Shown here: one piece after another, positions 15,001-28,466 of the stretch | How the letters are laid out: each line of letters begins with the position of its first letter | Numbering within the stretch: position 1 is the stretch's first letter | The notes under the pieces: model-generated | Told to the model about the DNA's origin: nothing | Seen by the model: the letters and a program-made list of their open reading frames with translations, nothing else | The model's database searches: none | NCBI GenBank assembly: GCA_964016885.1 | Contig: OZ024751.1 | Location: 19,034,001-19,098,000, forward strand | Direction: 5' to 3' | Origin: Eledone cirrhosa | Lineage: Eukaryota | DNA: 64,000 bases | Program-made: the position numbers and the translations under genes

Positions 15001-16440
15001 TACTATCACCAGCACCAACACTACTATCATCACCACCATCCCTACTATCACCAGCACCATCACTACTATCACCAGCACCAACACTACTATCACCAGCACC
15101 ATCACTACTATCACCAGCACCAACACTACTATCACCAGCACCATCCCTACTATCATCACCACCATCCCTACTATCACCAGCACCATCCCTACTATCACCA
15201 GCACCATCACTACTATCACCAGCACCAACACTACTATCACCAGCACCATCACTACTATCACCAGCACCATCACTACTATCACCAGCACCAACACTACTAT
15301 CACCAGCACCATCCCTACTATCATCACCACCATCCCTACTATCACCAGCACCATCCCTACTATCACCAGCACCATCACTACTATCATCACCACCATCACT
15401 ACTATCACCAGCACCAACACTACTATCATCACCACCATCCCTACTATCACCAGCACCAACACTACTATCACCAGCACCAACACTACTATCACCAGCACCA
15501 TCCCTACTATCACCAGCACCAACACTACTATCATCACCACCAACACTACTATCACCAGCACCATCCCTACTATCACCAGCACCATCACTACTATCACCAG
15601 CACCAACACTACTATCACCAGCACCAACACTACTATCATCACCACCATCCCTACTATCACCAGCACCATCCCTACTATCACCAGCACCATCCCTACTATC
15701 ACCAGCACCAACACTACTATCACCAGCACCAACACTACTATCACCAGCACCAACACTACTATCACCAGCACCATCCCTACTATCACCAGCACCATCACTA
15801 CTATCATCACCACCATCACTACTATCACCAGCACCAACACTACTATCACCAGCACCAACACTACTATCACCAGCACCATCCCTACTATCACCAGCACCAT
15901 CCCTACTATCACCAGCACCAACACTACTATCACCAGCACCAACACTACTATCATCACCACCATCCCTACTATCACCAGCACCATCCCTACTATCACCAGC
16001 ACCATCCCTACTATCACCAGCACCAACACTACTATCACCAGCACCAACACTACTATCACCAGCACCAACACTACTATCACCAGCACCAACACTACTATCA
16101 TCACCACCATCCCTACTATCACCAGCACCATCCCTACTATCACCAGCACCATCCCTACTATCATCACCACCATCCCTACTATCACCACCACCATCACTAC
16201 TATCATCACCACCATCCCTACTATCATCACCACCATCACTACTATCACCACCACCATCACTACAATCATCACCACCATCACTACTATCATCACCACCATC
16301 ACCACCATCACTACTATCACCACCACCATCACTACTATCATCACCACCATCACTACTATCATCACCACCATCACTACTATCACCACCACCATCACTACAA
16401 TCATCACCACCATCACTACTATCATCACCACCACCACTAC
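12030..16440. repeat. 21-bp minisatellite, about 210 variant units
   Basis: Unit is (CATCCC|CATCAC|CAACAC)TACTAT(CACCAG|CATCAC)CAC. It explains the five overlapping ORFs longer than 1300 aa. Confidence 0.95.
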
Positions 16441-17070
16441 TACACCAACACCACCACATCACCATCCAACACCACCACCACCACTACTACACAAACACCA
16501 GCACCACACCACCATCCACCACCACCACCACCACTACTACACCAACACCACCACATCACCATCCAACACCACCACCACCACTACTACACAAACACCAGCA
16601 CCACACCACCATCCACCACCACCACATCACCATCCAACACCACCACCACCACTACTACACAAACACCAGCACCACACCACCATCCACCACCACCACCACT
16701 ACTACACCAACACCACCACATCACCATCCAACACCACCACCACCACTACTACACAAACACCAGCACCACACCACCATCCACCACCACCACCGCTACTACA
16801 CCAACACCACCACATCACCATCCAACACCACCACCACCACTACTACACAAACACCAGCACCACACCACCATCCACCACCACCATCACTACTACACCAACA
16901 CCACCACACCACCATACAACACCACCACCATCACTACTACATCAACACCACCACACCACCATCCAACACCACCACCACGTCTATTCCACCAACACCACCA
17001 CCACACCACCATCCAACACCACCACCACCACCACTACTACACCAACACCACCACACCACCACCACTACTA
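16440..17070. repeat. CAC-rich tandem repeat with a unit of about 90 bp
   Basis: Recurrent ACTACTACACCAACACCACCACATCACCATCCAAC and ACTACTACACAAACACCAGCACCACACC blocks. Confidence 0.85.
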
Positions 17071-17181
17071 CACCAGTCTATCAACCACAACACTTTATCC
17101 TACGGCTATTTCGCCAGATGGCTCTTGTAACCGATTATATACACACACATACACACACACATTGACATCTCTCTCTCTCGC

Positions 17182-17212
<31 letters not shown>

Positions 17213-17241
17213 CTTTCTCTCCCTTTCTCTTTCTCTCTCTT

Positions 17242-17286
<45 letters not shown>

Positions 17287-17424
17287 CAAACACACTCTCA
17301 TACACACAAATTCACATAAGCACACACATGCAGAATGTTCCCCTTTTTCTCTCAAATACAGATACACATACGCGTACACACTCACAAATACATACATACA
17401 TACATACATACATACATACATACA

Positions 17425-17548
<124 letters not shown>

Positions 17549-17607
17549 TATATATGCACGTACATAGACATACGCGCACACATATACATACGCACACACA
17601 TAAGCAT

Positions 17608-17647
<40 letters not shown>

Positions 17648-17649
<2 letters not shown>

Positions 17650-17777
17650 CGAAGGAAATATGGTAAGGAACCAGATGGACCATAACGCACCAAAGTACTC
17701 AATACTTAGGGTAGTAGAGTGGGTAATAGGAACGAGTAAGACCCCGACGGCTGAGCTCAAGCCGTTTCGACGGCTAT
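17648..17777 (-). mobile_element. TA-anchored short element, family B (probable Penelope-like 3' end) with the 3' half of a hammerhead
   Basis: Homologous to copies at 23655, 28126, 41291 and 54875. Minus strand reads GAAA-CGGCTTGAGCTCAGCCG-TC-GGGGTC...CCTTCGTTA then (TA)n. Confidence 0.7.
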
Positions 17778-18605
17778 TCATTTCATTTATTGATTTATTG
17801 ATAATTTATCTGAGTGGCCCGAATCTTCCATATCGAACTTTTCGGTTATTTGGTTGATTGTAGACATATTCTACGTGTGACGGTATTTTAACGATAGTTA
17901 TAGCTCTAATTTATTTGAATTATAGAGCCCTCTGCCGATCATCTCGAATTTTGTTTATCGTGAACTCGTGCGCCGATTTTTCGATACTCGATTATTCTAC
18001 TATATTTAGCTCTAGACTTAGCTATTGACCAGTTAATTTTATTGTTCATTTTTTGTCGATTCTATTAAATGATGAATAGCCCCTGTTTATTTTAACATGT
18101 CTATTGAGCACTCTTATTCGATATGTGTTTTTGTCACATTTTTCCGAATATTTTTGCGGATATAAAGGTTATCTCCCTTGCTGAAATCCATGTGCGTATT
18201 TTTAGCCTGGGTCTTATCTTTTTATCCATTCGGACGAAGCTCGTTGATGAAGTAACTCCAGTCCCCCGATTATCTGTAAGGCTTATATTTTTATATGAGC
18301 TGATAGATGACGGTTTAAGGATTTACAGAAACCCAAGAAGCTAGATATTCCATCTCTCTAGTGGGTCCGGGTATGCATTTTACATTCATTTCATTTATTG
18401 ATTTATTGATAATTTATCTGAGTGGCCCGAATCTTCCATATCGAACTTTTCGGTTATTTGGTTGATTGTAGACATATTCTACGTGTGACGGTATTTTAAC
18501 GATAGTTATAGCTCTAATTTATTTGAATTATAGAGCCCTCTGCCGATCATCTCGAATTTTGTTTATCGTGAACTCGTGCGCCGATTTTTCGATACTCGAT
18601 TATTC

Positions 18606-18611
<6 letters not shown>
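17777..18611. repeat. Identical direct repeat of about 227 bp (17777-18003 and 18386-18611) around about 380 bp of unique sequence
   Basis: TTCATTTCATTTATTG...CGATTATTCTACTATAT occurs twice. Confidence 0.9.
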
Positions 18612-18668
<57 letters not shown>

Positions 18669-19026
18669 TCGCGAAAACAAACCTACAATTCCCCTCGAAG
18701 GCGTTTTTCTGACTAACATCCTCACACTAAACATACATTGACGGATTTGACCATCCCGATGTAGCTACTCGCGTTGTACAATACATCGAGGTTTAAAGGA
18801 TGCTAAATATCCAGCCATTTTGTTTTTTGAAAGACGGTACTGTATTGATTGTTAGAGAGAGATGTGATAGAGTGGGGTGAACTAGAGAGAGGGAGGGGGT
18901 GGGAACTGATCACTATGTAGATTAAGCTAAACTCAGTTCACGAAAGGATTTCAGTGTCTAAACATACTTTTTTTTTTATTTAGAGTAATTTGAACATTTA
19001 AGGGGTGCAATTTGAAAATAATGATA

Positions 19027-19160
19027 ATGTGGACATCCATGAGCTTGGCTGGTCACGCTTGGGGATCCAGCCGGATAAGTTGGTAACGATTGCTTCTGAC
19101 AGGACACGATGGAAGGAGTGTTTGAGGACTCTGTCCCCACGACCCCCGACCCCCTGAAAA
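19027..19160 (+). mobile_element. RTE-clade LINE 3' fragment
   Basis: Translates to DIHELGWSRLGIQPDKLVTIASDRTRWKECLRTLSPRPP, which resembles the RTE C-terminus (LAW.RLGI....L..VA.DR..W...L..LPPRP). Confidence 0.7.
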
Positions 19161-19457
19161 AGAAGAAAAATGTCCGTGTGTGCAAACTCCACAAAACATT
19201 ATCAAATACAGTAATGTTGTTAAACAAACAGTGTCTTGAGTATCACTGAAATCGATATTATGTGAAGAAGAAGAAGAAGAAGAAGAAGAAGAAGAAGAAG
19301 AAGAAGAAGAAGAAGAAGAAGAAGAAGAAGAAGAAGAAGATGGAACAAGGGGCAGCAATTTGATGATTTGGGGTGGAATGCCGATGGTACCGACTCCAAT
19401 ACTGATAACAGAATGTGGACGGAACTTGTCATTTAACTTTCTCATTAGTGGTGATTA

Positions 19458-19865
19458 GGGAGATGGATTTGTAATATCAGTAGAGCGTTGGACTAGGCAT
19501 GTCAAACATGCGGCCCGTGGGCTGCATATGGCTCTTTACAAGCACACCTACGCCCCACACAAAGGTTTTTACAGTGCGAGGATTTTTAATCTTCGGAATA
19601 TAACATTTAAAAAAATTAGTTGTAATGTGAGCAATTAGTTGTCATGTGTCAGGTGGCCCTCAGGTGGCCCTCAGGTGGCCCTCAGTTTGACATGCCTGCG
19701 TTGGACAACATTTTTCAGGCAAAGTTACAACCCTTTATATTCTGAGCTTTGCCTTTCATCTTTACGAAGTCGATAAAATAAAGTACTAGTAACACACAGG
19801 AGCCGATTTAATCAACTTTCTCTCTTCTCTGAATATTGCTTTCCTTGTTCCAAAAGTAGAAGCAA
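19458..19865 (+). mobile_element. Degenerate family A SINE interrupted by a hAT MITE
   Basis: The head lies before 19493. GCCTTTCATC...GTCGATAAAATAAAGTAC and the CCAAAAGTAGAAG tail lie after 19706. Confidence 0.7.
19494..19698. mobile_element. hAT (Charlie-like) MITE
   Basis: TIRs TAGGCATGTCAAAC / GTTTGACATGCCTG, with an 8-bp target site duplication CGTTGGAC at 19486-19493 and 19699-19706. Confidence 0.85.
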
Positions 19866-20472
19866 TTACTACTAGTGTTTGGAACAAATCTGAACAAAGG
19901 TGCTTACATAAAATTATGATGGGAAGCTTTAAATGTGTTTTGTACCGTAGAACCAGTGAGGTTTTTTGACGGCTTCTTGTCAAACGTGATAAGTGGCGAG
20001 AGCAGAACTGGTTAGCGGAACGTGAAGGGAAGTTAGCGGAAATTCTTTGACCTGAATGGAATCGAAACTGCGATATATTCACGGTTTGTTTCCGTCTCAC
20101 CGTTGTTCTCTCCGTCGTTCGCGCGTTAGCTTCACGAATAAATAATAGATGACTTTAATGTGAGATACATGTGTATGCGGAACAGTTTGTGTGGGTCTGT
20201 GTATGGGAATTTGTTTGTGACTTGTATGTGTTTGTATGGGTGTTTATGTAAAACTGTGTATGCGTGTATTTCTGCGTTTCTGTGGGTATACTTTATATGT
20301 GGGTGTGTGTTTCTGACTGTGTGTGTATGCGGAAGAGTTTGTATGGATCTGTGTAAGTTAATATCTGTGTCTGTGTTTGTTTGTGACGTGTGTGTGTGTG
20401 TGTGTTTGTATGTGCGTTGATGTAAAATTGTGTATGCGTGTATGAGGACGCGCGCGTGTGTGTGTGTGTGCA

Positions 20473-20504
<32 letters not shown>

Positions 20505-20733
20505 TGTGTGTGAGTGTGCGTGGGTGTATTTCTGTGTATGATTGTACGCCGAAGTGTTTGTATGGATCTATGTAAGTTGATATCTGTGTGTGGGTGTCTG
20601 CTTGTGACGCATGTGTATGTATGTGCGTTTATCGAAAGCTGTGTAGACGTGATTTATGAGTATGCGTGTGTGTGTGTGTACGTGTGTGTGTGTACGTGGG
20701 TGTGCGTGAGTGTGGGTGTGTGTATGTGTGTGT

Positions 20734-20776
<43 letters not shown>

Positions 20777-21093
20777 GGTGTGCGTGGGTGTGGGTATGTG
20801 TGTGTCTGTGAGTGTCCTCATTATATATTTCTTTTGAAGATATGGTCACTTAATTATTCCGTCTCTACTGAAAACGCTACAACCTGTGGTGTGAAGTGTA
20901 ACACTCACGCATTCACACTCACACACATACACACACACACACATTCAGAACGCAACTACACACACACACACACACACACACACAGAATCACACAATCACA
21001 CATGCAAACATGCAGAACATCACAGGAATATCTGCAGCTGAATGTATGTGAATACAACCAGATATGTACATACACACACACACATATATATAT

Positions 21094-21271
<178 letters not shown>

Positions 21272-21392
21272 AGAGAGAGAGAGAGAGAGAGAGAAGTCGA
21301 ATGAAAGATAGATAGATACAAATACACATACACGCACAGATAGATAGATAGATAGATAGAAAGATAGAAAGATAGATAGGAGAGATATTAAG

Positions 21393-21431
<39 letters not shown>

Positions 21432-21500
21432 ATTGTAATTGTACATAATATTAAACATGTATATATTGTATATATTGTATATTTTAATATTCTATTCAAC

Positions 21501-21547
21501 ACATTTACGTTTATATATAGACATACTTAAATAAATACATATATACT

Positions 21548-21613
<66 letters not shown>

Positions 21614-21656
21614 AGTATATATGTATTTATTTAAGTATGTCTATATATAAACGTAA

Positions 21657-21660
<4 letters not shown>
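21501..21660. repeat. 160-bp palindrome centred on an (AT)n tract
   Basis: The 50-bp arms 21501-21550 and 21611-21660 are reverse complements. Confidence 0.9.
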
Positions 21661-21691
<31 letters not shown>

Positions 21692-21763
21692 CAACTATTA
21701 AATACATTTTATACATTACTTATATACTATAAATATATTTATAATTTTATTATATACTATTAC

Positions 21764-21837
<74 letters not shown>

Positions 21838-21872
21838 TATATATATCTATATATATATATATTTATATATAT

Positions 21873-21906
<34 letters not shown>

Positions 21907-22425
21907 ATATTTATATATATTACATATACAGAAACCGTATTAAAACAACTACAACACCACACAATTCCAACCATTTTTTTTTCTTATCTTCTTTCAATTC
22001 AATGTATTATTGCTTGAATATATAAAACTGACATTAAAATGATTAAAATTGAAATTTCTATTCGAAATGTCTGCTTTCTAGTTGAACACGTTAAAATACA
22101 AACTTACTGTTTCCTTTTGTGTTTGTTGCATTTGTGTTATTTTATTATTACTTGTTTTATTTGTTTTCTGTGATTTGTTCTTGATTTGGTTTTGTTTATT
22201 TTTTGTTGTTTTTCTTGTTTGTTTCTTTTTCTTTTTTTTTTTTGATTTTTGGTTTGTGTGTGTGTTTCTTTTTTTTGCATTTTTGTTGTTGCTGTTGTTG
22301 TTGTATGTATTAAACTGTTGAAGTGAACATAAAGGTGTATAGTCATCATCATCATCATCATTATCCTCATTATCATTATCATCATTATCATCATTATCAT
22401 ATACCCAACCGCCACCCTTATTATT

Positions 22426-22474
<49 letters not shown>

Positions 22475-22703
22475 ACATCAGCATCAGTTGCATCATCAAC
22501 ATCATTATCACCATCATCATAAACATCATTATCACTATCATCATCATCATCATCATCATCTTTATCATCATCATCATCATCATCATTATTGTTAATATAT
22601 TTGTTGCTGTATTTGTCTAAGATCATGGTGGTGGTGGTGGTGGTGGTAGTGGAGATGGTGGTGGTGGTGGTAGTGGAGATGGTGGTTATGGGGTGGGGTG
22701 TGG

Positions 22704-22858
22704 GGTGGTGGTAGTGGTGGTGGTGGAGATGGAGTTGGTGGTGGTGATGGTGGTAGTGATGGAGTTGGTGGTTGTGGTGGAGATGGTCGTGTTAATGGAG
22801 GTGGCGAGAGTACTTATTTGTTTGGTTTTTTTATCAAATGCACAGAGTTATGCCTTGC

Positions 22859-22926
<68 letters not shown>

Positions 22927-23080
22927 GCAAGGCATAACTCTGTGCATTTGATAAAAACCAAACAAATAAGTTCTCTCGCCACCTCCATTAACACGACCAT
23001 CTCCACCACAACCACCAACTCCATCACCACCACCATCACCACCACCAACTCCATCTCCACCACCACCACTACCACCACCA
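22704..23080. repeat. Long inverted repeat centred on (TA)n
   Basis: Arms of about 155 bp (...CACAGAGTTATGCCTTGCAT-(TA)n-ATGCAAGGCATAACTCTGTG...) with a few mismatches. Confidence 0.9.
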
Positions 23081-23317
23081 CCACCACCACCACCACAACC
23101 ACCATCTCCACTACCACCACCACCACCACCACATATATACATGACGTATGCGTGTGTATTTGTATGTCTATTCATGCATATCTCTATATATATATGCTCA
23201 AAAATGGCTGATTGAATACTAACGTGTTTTTTCTCATAAAATATTTTTGGTTATTTTTTCCATTTCTTTCTCTTCTCACTCTCTATCCTTCTATTTCATT
23301 TTTCAATCTTTATTCTA

Positions 23318-23353
23318 TCTTCTGATGATGGACTATTCTCCGAAACAGCAAGA
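23318..23353 (+). ncRNA. Degenerate hammerhead motif
   Basis: TCTT-CTGATGA-T-GGACTATTCTCC-GAAA-CAGC-AAGA; it lacks the U of the cleavage triplet. Confidence 0.4.
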
Positions 23354-23450
23354 CTATTTCCCTACTATATCAAGCGTTAAACTAACGTATCTCTTCATTG
23401 TACTGTGTCGTTTGATTTATATCTGTTTAACTTTTGTGTGTGTCTGTGTG

Positions 23451-23485
<35 letters not shown>

Positions 23486-23508
23486 GTATATATATATATA
23501 TATGTATG

Positions 23509-23640
<132 letters not shown>

Positions 23641-23654
23641 CACACAGATTGAAA

Positions 23655-23868
23655 AACGAAGGAAATGTGGTAAGGAACCAGGTGGACCATAACGCACCAA
23701 GGTACTCAATACTTAGGGTAGTAGAGTGGGTAATAGGAACGAGTAGGACCCCGACGGTTGAGCTCAAGCCGTTTCGACGGCTAATTTGATTTAGTCCAGA
23801 ATGATTTAGTCCAGAATTAGCCGTCGAAACGGCTTGAGCTCAGCCGTCGGGGTCCTACTCGTTCCTAT
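23655..23868. mobile_element. Family B element with fold-back inverted repeat
   Basis: Arms 23733-23786 and 23815-23868, each carrying a GAAA-stem III-GTC half hammerhead. Confidence 0.75.
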
Positions 23869-23876
23869 ATATATAT

Positions 23877-24003
23877 AATTGAATATGAAAGAAAAACAAA
23901 CACAGATATATACGTAAATGTGTTCATCTTAGCGAATCAGTTCCCTTGCGATTTGAACACATATATGTATATATCTGTGATTGTTTTTCCTTTATATTCA
24001 ATT
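23877..24003. repeat. Imperfect inverted repeat next to a TA run
   Basis: AATTGAATATGAAAGAAAAACAAACACAGATATATAC...TGTGTTCA versus TGAACACA...GTATATATCTGTGATTGTTTTTCCTTTATATTCAATT. Confidence 0.8.
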
Positions 24004-24104
24004 GTAATATACGGCTCGGACAAATCTCTTTCCTAGAGCTATTTTATTGTAAGAGACTATTTTCAGTTTCTAACTCAATATATACCTTTGACATATATAT
24101 ATAT

Positions 24105-24595
24105 GCCACAGCTTGAGATCGGTGTGGAAGTCGGACCTTCGTAGAGACCTGAAAATCCGCCTCTGCATTGCTGTAGTGGAGTCTGTGCTGCTGTATGGGT
24201 CTGAGACTTGGACACTGACCAAGAAACTCACTCAGATTGTGGATGGATGCTACACAAGAATGCTGAGGATGGCTCTGAACATTAATCAGTATACACTGAG
24301 GATGAAAAACTCAGAGCTGTATGGGAGCATCCTAAGAGTCAGCTCAAAAGTGACACAGAGGAGACTGAGGTTAGCTGAACATGCTCACCGACATCCAGAA
24401 TTGACATTGCACTCAGTACTCCTTTGGGAACCCCTACATGGACACACTGGAAGAGGAAGACCAAGGTTAACGTATGTTGATGCCCTAAGGACAGACACTG
24501 GTCCATTGGAGACGCAGGACATGGCAGCGATAATGAGGGACAGAGACCGCTGGAGAGAACTCGTCCATGGATCTCGGGAATTTTACCCGCCTTAG
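24105..24595 (+). mobile_element. 5'-truncated RTE/RTE-X LINE, C-terminal ORF fragment
   Basis: ORF 24113-24595 has ESVLLYGSETWTL, DGCYTRMLR, RRLRLA.H, LLWEP.HG...RGRP..TYVD and DRDRWR motifs typical of the post-RT region. Confidence 0.9.
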
Positions 24596-24844
24596 ATAGA
24601 TAGATATATATATACAGGTACTTAAATTACGTGACATATACAGGTACTTAAATTACGTTAGGTTCTGGACCCCAACTCATTCAGCTTGTCATAAGAAAAA
24701 TAAATGACCCCAACGAAACTTGTACCTGTACATGTCACTGTTGTAAATATTTCTACTAAACTCTTCCTGTTGACCGAGTGCTTTTACCCTTGGATATTTC
24801 TACCAAATTTTACTACAATGTATAAATAAATAGATATACGTATG

Positions 24845-24929
<85 letters not shown>

Positions 24930-24940
24930 TTATTTAATTA

Positions 24941-25132
24941 TTTATTAAAATAGCAGGCTAAAGTTTAAGCAAAGAACCGCTGCTTTCACCCTTAGCGGTA
25001 TTTTCAGGGATTCTTTGCTTAAACATTAATCTCTGATTTTAATAAATATTTGCTCTAGGGTTCTTATATATTTGATATATATTTAGCCTTATCGAGCCCT
25101 CTTTGTATTTTAGTCTTCACATTTATTATTAT

Positions 25133-25137
<5 letters not shown>
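24941..25137. mobile_element. TA-anchored short element, family C, with inverted 5' part
   Basis: Homologous to copies at 45580, 54758 and 56810. GTTTAAGCAAAGAA / TTCTTTGCTTAAAC is inverted around a hammerhead-like core. Confidence 0.7.
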
Positions 25138-25222
<85 letters not shown>

Positions 25223-25519
25223 TATATAAAATTAACGACTAGCTCACTCAATAAATTTGCTGAATTGCTGTAATGGAGTTGTAATCACCATTTTAGAGTG
25301 CACACATTTATTTTTAGCAGACGCAGTGGCGTTGTTTAGGTAGAGTGAAAGGTGAAATTCTCATCCCTTGGACGATATCGTTTCTGTGCAACATATCTTC
25401 AAAGATGCAGATATAGATCCTTAATGTTCAGAAAATCACATAAAACGTGCAGACATTTTCGCAACCGAGCTGTTACACTCATCAGCAAAGAGGCCCAAGT
25501 CATACGATAGTTCCGTACA

Positions 25520-25580
<61 letters not shown>

Positions 25581-25641
25581 AAAACAAGATGGCGTAGGAC
25601 AGAACAAAGGAGAGGCACAAAAACAAAGAAAAGAATCTCCA

Positions 25642-25684
25642 GTCACTGAAGTGGTCACAGATTGTGTGACGAAAGAACTTTGAC
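25642..25684 (+). ncRNA. Near-complete hammerhead motif
   Basis: GTCA-CTGAAGT-G-GTCACAGATTGTGTGAC-GAAA-GAAC-TT-TGAC; A9 is substituted. Confidence 0.5.
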
Positions 25685-26080
25685 AATATATGAACAACCG
25701 TCCGGTTGTGGAAAAAATTCTTAAATTTATAAATTTAATTTATAATAAATTGGAGTGAAAGCAACTGGTGCGTGTTTTTCTTATTAGCAACATGACCCTC
25801 CCAAAGCATAACAAAATCGGTTTCAACACACGTTTTCAGATAAAGAATCTTGCTAAACAAATTCAGAAACGAAATATATATATATATATAAAATTTGGTT
25901 GTTTTGGAAGCCTCAACAATGCAGATGGGTAAATCTCCGGGTAACAGAATCCGGTGGCGAAGAGAGAGATGTAAGAGGAAATGTAGATTGAGATGTATAG
26001 TGTGTAGAGGAACGTAGGAAAGAGCGTAAAACTAAAAATAATAACACGAGATAGAGTTACCTTGGGAGAGATTTACTTGT

Positions 26081-26115
26081 CCCTATATTTCGGATTTCGT
26101 ATCCATCAACTGGGG
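26081..26115 (-). ncRNA. Degenerate hammerhead motif
   Basis: Minus strand reads CCC-CAGTTGA-T-GGATACGAAATCC-GAAA-TA-TA-GGG, with two core substitutions. Confidence 0.35.
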
Positions 26116-26178
26116 TGTTTTCCGAGGGGAAAAGTTAGTTATCTATCGGAGAGGAACGTTATGTGGCATCTGTTGTCC

Positions 26179-26220
<42 letters not shown>

Positions 26221-26267
26221 CTTCGGTTGACTGGATCGACGTGAAATAAAAAAGAAAAATACATCTG

Positions 26268-26385
26268 AAGGGTCTTGTTCGACGTAACAGTAGAGCACAT
26301 GGTACCGAGGGAATCGAACACAAAACCATACGACCTGACGATCATGAGACTAACACCCTAACCACTAGGACGTGTACGTTCATCT
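26268..26385 (-). mobile_element. Degenerate tRNA-headed CORE-type SINE
   Basis: GGGAATCGAAC...CCCTAACCACTAG is the reverse complement of tRNA B and A boxes. Confidence 0.5.
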
Positions 26386-27022
26386 TAACTGCTTAACACT
26401 GCTGAAAATGACATTAAACTCCGTCTTAGCACTGTTAGTCGTATAATTGGCCAACGGCCCAATGGAAAGAAAGCGTCAGCTTTCAAATGTCAAATGATTC
26501 AAATTATTTATGGAATGTGAATCACATTAAGTAAGAAGTAGAAGTGACTCCATTGCAGTCGATAGTGTTAGTAGGAGAATATAATAGGTAACAAGATCAC
26601 ATATATACACAGATACATACATACATACATACATGGTGGCTGCCAACTCGTTTTCGAGTACGGCCCCTACTTTATATCCATGTAGGAGAACTCCTACCGA
26701 TGCGCTAAACGAGTGTGACATACATACATACATACATACATACATACATACATACATACATACATACATACATACATACATACACTTACATAAACACACT
26801 TACTGACTCACATACTCAAACACACATTCATAAACAAGACAACACACACATAAATACACATACATACATACATACATACATACATACATACATACATACA
26901 TACATACATACATACATACATACATACATACATACATACATACATGATGATGGCTGCCCCCTCGTTATCGAGTATGGCCATTGCACGAGAAGAAAAAAAT
27001 AAAATAAAATAAAATAAAATAA

Positions 27023-27055
<33 letters not shown>

Positions 27056-27320
27056 AAAAAAAAAAAATACATACATACATACATACATACATAAATAGAC
27101 ATACACACATACATACATACATACATACATACATACATACATACATACACACTTACACTTACATATACACACTTACTGACTCACATACTCAAACACACAT
27201 TCATAAACACGACAATACACACATAAATACACACACCCGCTCACACACATAGGCACACACATAGGCACACACATATACACACACCCACGCGCATATATAT
27301 GCACAAAAGACAACAGAGAC

Positions 27321-27387
<67 letters not shown>

Positions 27388-27589
27388 ATGTATGTATATA
27401 TGTATATACACATATATGCGTGCATGTATAATCCCGTAACTCCTGATAGAGTCGTAGGGACGCCGTAATGGCATTTCTGGCCATTTTGAAGCCTGGCAGA
27501 GCCCATCCCTCTCCAAGGCTGAATAAGCAGATTTCTTCCGGAGAATGAAAGTGAGAGAAGGTAGTGAGACAGAGATATATAGGAAGAAT

Positions 27590-27745
27590 CAACCCCAGTA
27601 CTAAACTGGTACCTTTTTTTTATCGACTTCGAAAGGATGACTGGTAAAATTGACCTCGGCATGATTTGAACCGAGAGAGGAGAAAGACAGAACAAATACT
27701 ACAAAGTATTCCATCCGACGGTCTATCGGCTCAAATATTTCGCAG
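27590..27745 (-). mobile_element. Degenerate family A SINE
   Basis: ACTGGTACC...TATCGAC...AGGATGA...GACCTCGGCATGATTTGAAC. Confidence 0.65.
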
Positions 27746-27809
27746 CCTATATACATATATATATATTATATATATACACACATATATACACACATATGTA
27801 TATAAATAT

Positions 27810-28013
27810 GACATCCAGAGTTGACATTGCACTCAGTGCTCCTGTGGGAGCCCCTACACGGACACACTAGAAGAGGAAGACCAAGGTTAACGTATGTTGA
27901 TGCCCTAAGGACAGACACTGGTCTGTTCGAGACGCAGGACATGGCAGCGATAATGAGGGACAGAGACCGCTGGAGAGAACTCGTCCATGGATCTCGGGAA
28001 TTTTACCCGCCTT
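27810..28013 (+). mobile_element. Second, shorter copy of the RTE/RTE-X 3' end
   Basis: Nearly identical to 24390-24593. Confidence 0.9.
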
Positions 28014-28015
28014 CG

Positions 28016-28237
<222 letters not shown>

Positions 28238-28466
28238 TGTTCTTTTTATATTATATTTATGAACCCCTAACTGCTGTCAGAATCTTACGGGCGCCATTGT
28301 GAGATACACTATTTCTTGGGCATTTTCAACAGGCCAGAACCCATCACCTCCCACAGACGATCTCTTGTAGTAAAGCATAAAGCAAAGAAAGAGTGAGAGA
28401 GAATAATTGAAAAAGAGATTTTGAAGAATCTAGCCTAGTACTGCACTGGTATTATTATTATTATTA

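Noticed and set aside
25447-25492. Minus-strand hammerhead (CTGATGA...GAAAATGTC)
   Set aside because: The core words are present but stem I does not pair and stem II is out of register.
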